A DNA stretch of 64,000 nucleotides, taken from assembly GCA_013265495.1 (NCBI GenBank), contig MU058065.1:5890302-5954301 (forward strand), in the 5' to 3' direction. Numbering within the stretch: position 1 is the first letter of the stretch; the number at the start of each line of letters is the position of its first letter. The DNA comes from Vicugna vicugna (taxonomy: Eukaryota). A program made the position numbers and the translations under genes. A model generated the notes under the pieces. That model was not told the DNA's origin and ran no database searches. It saw nothing but the letters and a program-made list of their open reading frames with translations. This document shows, one piece after another, positions 55,001 through 64,000 of the stretch.

Positions 55001-57000
55001 TATTCAAGAAATAGAAGTATATAAAAATAAAAAGCAAATTATAATATTAAAAATTAACAAACCAAATTATATATTGAATTGGTAAAAATGACTACACAAA
55101 CAAAAGAATTATTTCAAATGACATTAGACACAGTATTTTGATGGTGTACCCTTAGGGGTACATGGTGTATATATGGTATAACCCTTAGGGGTTATAAGGA
55201 CAAAATAAACTATGCAAAGTCTTAAACGTATTCACATTTATTTTATTAGTAGAATAGTATTTAGTAGAATAATATTTGAATTATTATTTGTAAATTATTG
55301 TGTGCATATTGTAGGATTAAACATGTAAGTGGTGTTAATGTTATTAGAAACCAAATTTTTCAGTGTAGTAAAGAGATACAAGTATAAAATTAAGAGTTCA
55401 GTAAAAGTTACAGCTAAATTTTAACTGGAAATATCAGCATGAGAGTGTGTGTATCTTACTGTCCTAGCTCTGTGCACTGAAAGGACCTGGAGGCACCATC
55501 AATCACCTCAATAGCCATTATCACCCCTGAAACCCTTATTACGGTCTCTAAAAGCAGTTCTTACTAAAAGCTACCAAGTCTCTTTGGAGGAATGGCTGCT
55601 TCTATGACTAAGGCAAGGAATAAAAAAGATTAACCTGGTACGTACTGAAATGATAGAAAGCAAGGGAGCTTTTGGTAATTAATAGAGTATTTCAAAAAGA
55701 AACAAGAGCCAGTTTAAAGGAGCTTTCACTTACTTCAGGGTAATCTGAACATCAAAAGAATAATTACTGTGATTGCCCAATACACATTGAATATATAATA
55801 ATCCATACTTTCATAGTAATGCTCAGAAAGTCATAAATAATTTTTTAAAAAAACTTATTTGCCATTCTTGGAGGTAACTATTACACTGACTCATTAATCT
55901 GTAACTTAATAGTTAAAGAGAAGAAATGAAGAATGTATGCTACCTTTCCAGTTGGAATTGTATTTCAAAGTAACTAAGCCCAGTTGGTGAGAGAGTGCTC
56001 TTCTTTATGAAATAATATCAGCTAACAAATGTTAAAGGAATGATAGAATTAGAAAAATCACCATTTTAGTCAAGGATCATCAATGAATGGCATACTGATA
56101 TGTGAAAAGTTATTGGGGAACTAGATATTCTCAGAATGCTAAAATATCTTCCATGGATTACATACTTATGGTCACAAGAGGAAAACATCACTTTATGATA
56201 GACCCCTGGCTGTCTCTGTCTTAAACCAGTGATCAATTTCAGCATCACTAAATAGTGGGACAGCCAGACATTATGCACTTCCTGAAACCATGCAATTGGA
56301 GACATACGGTATCACCTGTAAAATTTTTGCTTTAAATTTTTTTTACCTGATCCAATCAAGACTTTAAATATAACTTCCTTTTTTTTTCAGGAAATACAGG
56401 GGATATACAGGATATATACAATGGAAATACAGGCTATATACAGGGGAAATACAGGGAAACATATCACAAGCAAATAGTCAGACAAATTCAGAAGGTGGAG
56501 AGTTGTAAACAAAAACTGGCCTGGTCTCTTCTGCAAGAAGATGTCAAAAATGGAGGTGGGAGTTTAGGAGGGGAGGAGCACTCTTTAGGCTAATTTAAAG
56601 AGAATTAAGAAACATAACTAAATGCAATGGTGATCTTTGATTGACTCCTATTTTGAAAAAAACAGCTGAAAAGGGGGCACTTTGGGAAACAATTTGAGAT
56701 CTCTGAATAGGAACTGAGCATTAAACGATATTCAGGAATTACTATAAATTTTGTTAGGTGTCAATGGCATTTTGGTTATGTGGGAAATATCCTTGTCTCT
56801 TGGAGATGCATATTGAAATATTTAGAAGGAAAATATAATGTCTATTATTTACTTTTAAATACTAAAAAGATGCAAATATGGCAAAACAATAACTGTTAAG
56901 TCTAAATGATGAGTGTATGAGGATTTACTAGGCACTACTATTTTCTTTTTCTTTTCCTTTTTTTTTTTTTGGATTTTGGAAATTTTTTACTGAAAAGCAA
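52080..57000 (+). mobile_element. Cluster of old L1M fragments (ORF1 and 3'UTR) with interspersed LTR pieces
   Basis: ORF1-like motifs at 52080-52700 and 53800-54150; L1MC/ME-type 3'UTR motifs at 54600-57000; boundaries approximate. Confidence 0.6.
54467..54551. repeat. Compound (TA)n/(TG)n microsatellite
   Basis: Direct reading. Confidence 0.85.
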
Positions 57001-57659
57001 GAGTAAAGTGATAAGTTTTGAACTTTAGAAATTCCATTCCCGAGTTTATTGGGTGACAAAAATGGAAGCAAAAGGCTAGTTGGTTGATTACTGCAATAGT
57101 CATCATGTAAGAGTACAGTGGTTTGCATAGGATAGCGAGTATGGAGAGAAGTGGACTGATGGGAGATAATATTTTGTAGGTAGAAACCATGAGGTTGTTG
57201 ATAGACTCGAGGTGGAAGAAGGCGAAGGAAAGGAGAGTCGAGGCTAATCACATAGGCGAGTATGTATCAATTGTTTAGTATATACCAATGCAATGGTTGT
57301 TCTAAGTGAGCTTCATGAGTTTAACTCCCGTAATCTTCACAACCACCTTGTGAGGTAGGTAGTATTGGCACCTTCATTTTACACATCAGGAAATTTGGGC
57401 TCAGAGAGGTTAAGCAACTTGCCCAAAGTTATACACTTGGAAGGTGGCATTGCTGGAACTGTAATCCAAACACACAAACACGTAACCATTGCTGCTCTTT
57501 ACAGGACATCGATTGCATTGAGATGCGAAATAGTACATATTCTATTCATTTTTAAGCTCTTCTCTTAAAATTTTTACTATCCGGCTCATTTCTTTCCTGG
57601 CCCCCACCCAACTGTCATCCTTTTCGCCAACCGTGCGCCTGAGTGATGGAGGTAGTAGT

Positions 57660-58100
57660 CCTTGGGGAGCAGCATACGTCAAGATAAGGTCAAGTGGGAA
57701 TTCTAGTGAGGCGCCTACTGTTTGGTGTAGGAGGCTGGGGTGGGTAGGACCGCGGCTAAGACAGTGCTCTTACGCCACGTATGACGCAAATTAGCGCAAG
57801 TGCTGGGGGTGGAGGTGTCGTCACCACATACCCGGGGTTGGCGGAGCTGCTGCGAGAGGGGCGTGTAGACCCCGCCTCGGTGGGTGGGGAGTGGCAGGCC
57901 CCGCCTCGGCCCCTTTGGCAGGCTCCGGCCGGCGTCGCTGCGGCTCTGGCAGCGGAGCGAGAGCCCGGAGCCTGGAAAGATGCGGCGCCCGCGGCGGCCT
58001 GGAGGTCCCGGGGGATCTGGGGGTCTCCGGGTGCTCCTCTGCCTGCTGCTGCTGGGCAGCCGCCCGGGAGGCTGCAACGCCATTAGTGCCCACGGTCAGA
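57660..58100 (+). promoter_or_regulatory. PTPRN CpG-island promoter with CRE-like sites
   Basis: CpG-rich region before the ATG; CRE-like motifs TACGTCA (57675-57681), TGACGCAA (57782-57789) and CGTCA (57819-57823); CCCGCC GC boxes near 57870 and 57900. Confidence 0.75.
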
Positions 58101-61100
58101 AGGGAACGGGGGTTGGGGGGAGGGGAGGGGAGGATGGTGCCGGGAGCAAAACTCAGTGGGGGATGTGGAGGGCAAGTGCCAGGAAGGTAGGAATCTTAGG
58201 TAGAATGTATGTGTGGAGTGGGGTAGGGGAGGCACTGAGAGATGAGGAAGACGAGAGGGCCTCTTAGAGGAAAGGGGCGTAGGCCTGGAGGTGGGGCTGG
58301 GAACACGGGGGCGGGACCTAAGAGAAGCGGGCTCAGGGGAAGATTGCGGTTATGGGAGAAGGAATGGGGGTGCATATGGACAGAGGGACCTATAGAGACA
58401 GGATACAATACCACGGGAGAAGCCAGTCGCTCCAAGGCGCCAAAAAGTGGCGATTGGCGCTGAAGGATGGAGGGGTGGAGGGAGGGAGAGGGAACCCTGA
58501 TCTCTGGGCAGTAGAAGTCGGGGCCGTGAGCTTTGGGGTCCCAGCTTTCAGTAGAAGATCAGGCCGAGGGAGGATCCAGGGTTTCTCTTCAAGCCTAGAG
58601 AGGCCAATAGCTATAATCTGATCTCCGGATAAGAGGGGTACAGCTGGGGGAGGGGCAGAAGAGAGTGAAGAGGGAAGGGTCGTCTCCCGTCCCCCTCCCC
58701 ACAGCCAGGCCTGGTGCTGACTCACATCTTAGAGGACAGAGACAGTCAGCGCTGACTCACGGGCAGGGGGAGGGTGGGAGCGGGGGGCGTGTGGGGGAAG
58801 GGGCGCAGCCTCGCCGTCTGGCGCTCTCCTTCCCCACCCGGCTTGGAGGCCAATACAAGGTACTTCCTGTGGCGCTGCGAGTTGGTAAGGTGGAAGATGA
58901 AGACTGGAATGGCGCAGAGGTCGGGTCCCTTGGCGACTCCTCACCCTGTCACCCTTCCCTCCCCCCATAACTGCTTCCAGGCAAGCCTTCAGCGGCACCA
59001 AGCTCAGAGCTTCAGCACCGCGAACAGCGCCAGCGGCATTGGGGCCACGGACCGCAGGGACAGTGTGGGGAGCATTGCCTTACCCCACCCTTACCCCTTT
59101 CCCCTAAAAGGGGAAGTGTGCTAAGGTTTCCATCTCTTCCGAGTCCCGGGCCATCATAAGATGCTTTTGGTGATTTGGGAAGGAAAGTCCCTTTTTTCTC
59201 AGAACTTGGCAAAAAGCTCTCCCACAGTAATTCTATGAGAGTAGAATATATGATTCTCTACTTTCACTACCCCCATGCACCTGGAGGGCTTCTTCTCCTC
59301 GTTACTTAGTTAAGCAACTGAAGATTTTAGGGGAAGAATCCAGACTTGCAAATCTTTAAAATCCAAAGCCAGGTCCTGTGCTTTCTTCTCTTAAGAATTC
59401 TAGGCCTCTTCTCACCTCTCCTCCCAGCTTAAAGTCTTCCTTAGAATGAAAGAATGAATCCCCTCTGCTTCCCCCTTTCCTAGCCTGTCCATCCATCTGA
59501 CCATTCTGTGTGTGCGTGTGTGTGTGTCTGAGCCTATGCTCACCTGTCCTCCACAGGCTGTCTGTTTGACCGCAGACTCTGCTCTCACCTGGAAGTCTGT
59601 ATTCAGGGTAAGGCCCAGACACAGGATATACAAGATGGGGGTGTGTGTGGTAGGGTACACAGTAAGAAAGAAGTGGGGAGTGGGAGGCCTGGAAGGGAGA
59701 AGGGGAATTGGGTTTGAGGAGAAAAGGGACTGGCCTGGAGGAGCAGAGCTCTCTGAAGCCAAGAGAAGAGTTAGACGTAGTGCTGTCTATTTGCAACATG
59801 GGCTTTGGAAGGCCTCTTGGAAGCCCCTTGTGACATGACTTTTTTGCTCTTAGATGGCTTGTTTGGACAGTGCCAGGTGGGAGTGGGGCAAGCCCGGCCC
59901 CTTCTGCAAGTCACTTCCCCAGTTCTTCAACGCTTACAAGGTGTGCTCCGACAGCTCATGTCCCAAGGTGAGGTCTAGGTGCACTGGAGGAGAGAGACTG
60001 AAACTTCATTAGATAAGGGTGGGGAAGTGAGGGGCCACCTGACTCAAAGGTTTCTCTCATGGAGCATTCCTATTACAGCCACTCTAGCGCCTCACCTTCC
60101 CAGGCCTTGCTGGAGGAGACAGGAGTGGGGGTGGAACCCTAGAGATAGGCTTTTCACATGTAGACTCTCTGGAGGAATCCAAAGGAGGTTTTTAGAAGAA
60201 GCCACTGGAACAGACCAGCATCCATCTCTTTAGGACCAGCCTAATCTCTAGAACTGACTGAGTGCTCCAGAAACATGAGTTCTGGAGTCCTCAGCCAGAA
60301 CAGCCCACTCATCTAATTCACTCATTCAACCAGTATTTATTGGGTACTTCTGTGTGGCCAACATAGTTTTAGGTGCTTGGGATGTAGCAAGGAGTAAAAC
60401 AGACAAAGATCTCTGCCTCCTGGGGTTTACATTCAGGGGTGAAGGGAGGGAATACATTATATAAATTAGAAAATATATAGTGTATTAAAAGGTAATAAGT
60501 ATCATGGGAAAAAAACAAATACTATAGTAAGATAAAGGAATCATAAATAGTGAGGTAGGAAGCTGCAGGATTAAATTGAGTGGTCAAGATGGAACTTACT
60601 GAGACTATGAAATTTAAATAAAGACATCAAGGAGGTGAGGGTGTTTTCCAGAAGGTTATCTAGTGGAAGAGTGTTTAAGGTGGCCAGAGAGCTAGAACAT
60701 GCTCCCTAAGGTAGGAGAATGACTTTGAGGAACACCATGGAGAACACCTTTACAGTGTGGCTGTAGAGGAGTGATGGAGAAGCAGAGTAGAAGATGCAGT
60801 CAGGTAGGTGAAGAAGAAGGATTTTCCTCTAGGATTTTATAAGAGAATGTGTGGACATTGGCATTACTCTGAGTAAAAGAGGAAGCCATCACAAGATTTG
60901 AGCATAGGGGTGCATGATCTCACTTCTACTTTAAAAGGATCACTCTTGCTGCTGTGTTAAGAACAGAGTGTAGGGAGTCAAGGGTAGAAACAGAACACTA
61001 AACATTAAAAGCTACCACAATAACTCATATAAGTGAAGAATAGGTGTGGATGAGGGTGGTTGCAGGGAGGTAATGAGAAATGACAGGATTCTGCCTATAT

Positions 61101-64000
61101 TTTTAAGGTAGTGAGCATGATTTCATGAAATATTGGATAGAGCCATGAAAGAAAGGGAGGAGTCAAGGATGACACTCAGGTTTTATTGCCTGAACAACTG
61201 AGTTGATGGACATGTCATTAACTCTGCTGAAGGATCAACTGGGGGTAAGGGGTGTTCAGTTTTGAATGTTCTTAGTTTAAGATAGCCATTCAAATAGAAT
61301 GGGAAGTTGAGTACATAATCTTGGGTTTAGAAAGAGAAAAGTCTGGAGTGGAGATATAAATTTGGAATTCTTTGATATATAGATGGTAATTAAAACCTTG
61401 AGATGGATGAAATAATCAAAGGATTGAATGTTTACGAAGAAGAGCCCTAGAGAATTCTAATATTAAGAGGATGAGGAGAAGGAGTATAACTATCAAGGGA
61501 GACTGAGAAGGAGAAGCCAGTGAGGTAGGAGGAAAAACAAGAGTGTTTGGTGTCCTGGAAGCCAAGAGAAAGTGTATCAAGGAGGAAGGAGTGACCAAAC
61601 AGTGTCAAATGATGTGGTAGGTTAAATCAGATGAGATCTGAGAATTGACCACTTAATTTAGATATACGGAAGCCCCTGGTGATCTTGGTGAAAGCAGTTT
61701 TAGTAGAATAGTTGGAAATAAAATCCTGGGTAGGGTGGATTAAGAGAGAATGGGAGGAGAGGAATTGGATATAGCCAGCATAGGTAACACTTTCAAAGAG
61801 TCTTGCTGCAAAGAAAATCAAAGACAGGGTGATAGATGGAGGGGAATGTAGGATCAAGCAGAATTTTTATAAGATGGAAGACATTGCATCATGTTTGTGT
61901 GCTAATGGGAATAATTCAGTAGAGAACAGGAGAAAATGATGATGTAGGAAAAAGGGGAGGATTGGGGGGGAGATTTTTCTGAGTAGGTGGTACGGATGAA
62001 ATCTAGTGCTCAAGTGGAGGAACTGGCCTTATACAGGAACACAGAGATTTCATCTAATGCTAATAGGCAAAAAGGCTGGTATGGATGCTAGTAGACCCCA
62101 GGGTGTGAATTAAGAACAGTACAGATTATTAACCCAGAAGCAGAGGAAAAGGAATAGGGGAGTGGGTGTGGAGAGTGGGAGATTATTTCTTTAGAATAGG
62201 TGACTGACCTTTCCTGAGAGCAGAGTTGCATTGAGGGAAGCAGCCAAACAGATCTGCCTCAGCATAAGATGGTGGTGACGAATGTTTAAAACAAGTGTAT
62301 AGTACTTTGGAGTTTTCCAAGCACTTCGATTTCCCTGATTGCATTTAATCTTTACTACAGATCCATAAAGTATGTATTATTCTTATTTTACATATAAAGA
62401 AAACAAAGGTTCAGGGCCCCAAAAAAGAAGAAGATGAATAATAATTATGATGATGATAATAATAGCAGTTATGGAAAGCACACTATGTATCAGGTACTAT
62501 TCTAACTATTTAATGTTGTGTTATTTATCACAACAATCTTAGCAGGTTATAAACCACCATTTTTCAGATGAAAGAACTGAGGCTCAGACAGGTTCAGCCA
62601 AGGTCACACAATTAGTAAGTGGCAGAGGATTTAAACCAAGTCTCACTCCCAAATCTATACCTGAGGGTGGGAAAAGGACAGCTCAGATCACCCACTGAGT
62701 CTCCAAACTCCCTCCACTGCTCTTCTGCTCTGCCAAATTCAGTACACTGCAAGGTAGGGGGTGCAGTTTTTATCTGCACTGGTCCCTGTTACTGGGCTCT
62801 CAGACTGTCCCAAGCCAACCATCTTACCCTATCCTGCTCCCCGGCAGGACTGTCCTGGCACGATGACCTCACCCAGTATGTGATCTCCCAGGAGATGGAA
62901 CGCATTCCCAGGCTTCGCCCCCCAGAGCCCCATCCAAGGGACAGGTATGCATCCTTTCTCATCATCTCTAGCATGACAAGGCTGCTGGGTCTGATGGACA
63001 GAGGGACATGGGCACGAAGCAGGCTGGGGCATGGGTAAAAGAGGTTCTGGAGTGGTCATCTGACATGTTCACATGCCCAACATAAGCTGAGTTCATCCCC
63101 GGGGACCCAGCTAAACAGGGACATTAAAAGATGTTTTGAAACATTTGGACATTTGGAATTTTTAAAGAAGCATCAAAGTAGTCATCATGAAACAAATTAG
63201 AATTTTGTTGGACCTAAGTTGTTTAATGTTCAGTTTGATTACTATGTGGAATTGTATATGGTAGGAGGTACCATCATCTTTTTGTGGTTAGGGTCTCTGA
63301 AGGCATCATTCAGACCCTGTAAAGCAGAGGAAAGTAAATGAGGGCTTGGGGCTCAAATGATAATACCAAATAAAGAAGGCACAGTGGGGCTGGGGGAGCA
63401 GAGTGAGGGGGCACAGTACTGAATGTCTGAACGTGTACTTGGAGACCCAGGTGCGGGGACATGCACACCGGGACAGTGAGGCAAGCTGCAGCCAGAGTTG
63501 GTCTAGAGAGGTTCCTGGCTGCCTTTCCCTGCTACTGTTCTCCCTTTCTCTGTCCCGTAGCCTCACGCTTCATCAGTTCCGCCACTGTGTTTCAGGGACC
63601 CAGGCATGCTTACCAGGGAGGCAATGACCTCTGCTCCAGGCTTGGCCCTCTGGCCTTCCCCATGCTACTCCCTCCTTTCCTGAGGCTACCTCATCTCTTA
63701 CGAAGTCAGGCTCACCCTAAGCTAAGCCTGCCTGGCCCCTTCTCTCTGTCTCGTAGGCTCTGCCCCACACAACCAACACACACACATACACAAACACACA
63801 CACACACTTTGCTTTCCTCCCCAGATCTGGCTTGGTGCCCAGGAGACCTGGTCCCACTGGGGAGCTGCTTTTACAGGGCATCCCCACTGGCTCTGCTCCT
63901 GCTCCCCAGCACCGGCTTCCTCGACCTCCAGTAGGTGGGGGCGGAGCTGGGGCGGGCTCCTCCCTGTCCCCTCTGCAAGCTGAGCTGCTGCCCCCTCTCT
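57980..64000 (+). CDS. PTPRN: Receptor-type tyrosine-protein phosphatase-like N (IA-2/ICA512), 5' part; continues beyond the window
   Basis: Exons 57980-58094 (MRRPRRPGGPGGSGGLRVLLCLLLLGSRPGGCNAISAH), 59557-59607 (GCLFDRRLCSHLEVCIQ), 59854-59967 (DGLFGQCQVGVGQARPLLQVTSPVLQRLQGVLRQLMSQ), 62848-62944 (GLSWHDDLTQYVISQEMERIPRLRPPEPHPRD), 63825->64000 (SGLVPRRPGPTGELLLQGIPTGSAPAPQHRLP...). Canonical splice sites, phases consistent. Confidence 0.97.
59011..59031 (+). promoter_or_regulatory. RE1/NRSE (REST-binding) element in PTPRN intron 1
   Basis: TTCAGCACCGCGAACAGCGCC versus the canonical RE1 TTCAGCACCnCGGACAGCGCC (one core mismatch). Confidence 0.8.
60305..62090 (-). mobile_element. L2 LINE remnant in PTPRN intron 3
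   Basis: Begins with the antisense L2 tail CACTCATTCAACCAGTATTTATTG, followed by L2 motifs (TTAAAAGGATCACTCTTGCTGCTGTG, GAGGGAGTCAAGGATGAC, GGTGTCCTGGAAGCCAAG). Confidence 0.82.
63765..63807. repeat. (CA)n repeat just upstream of the PTPRN exon 5 acceptor
   Basis: Direct reading. Confidence 0.85.

Noticed and set aside
56385..56460. Short GAAATACAGG/ATATACAGG repeats as a CRISPR-like array
   Set aside because: Degenerate tandem slippage within an L1 remnant in a mammalian genome; no spacers or cas genes.

Overview
Mammalian genomic DNA, most likely camelid (inferred from the tRNA-derived SINEs and young L1 3' ends). Three + strand genes lie head-to-tail. DNPEP (aspartyl aminopeptidase) is complete: 15 coding exons, 475 aa, 20706-30351. 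RESP18 is complete: 6 coding exons, 174 aa, 45317-50550. Only the 5' part of PTPRN/IA-2 is present (exons 1-5, 57980 to the window end). The first ~20 kb is non-coding and repeat-rich; by recalled human synteny it is the DES-DNPEP intergenic interval. Main finding: RESP18 reads as a chimeric gene created by tandem duplication of its two neighbours. Its exons 1-3 are copies of PTPRN exons 1, 3 and 4, and its exons 4-6 are copies of DNPEP exons 12, 13 and 15. Dead remnants of PTPRN exon 2 and DNPEP exon 14 remain in its introns, and the fusion breakpoint maps to ~48510. Two further decayed copies of the chimera lie between DNPEP and RESP18 (~35240-38750 and ~42040-42920), so the DNPEP terminal exon occurs four times. 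All alignments and counts were done by eye, and repeat subfamily names come from recalled consensus sequences.
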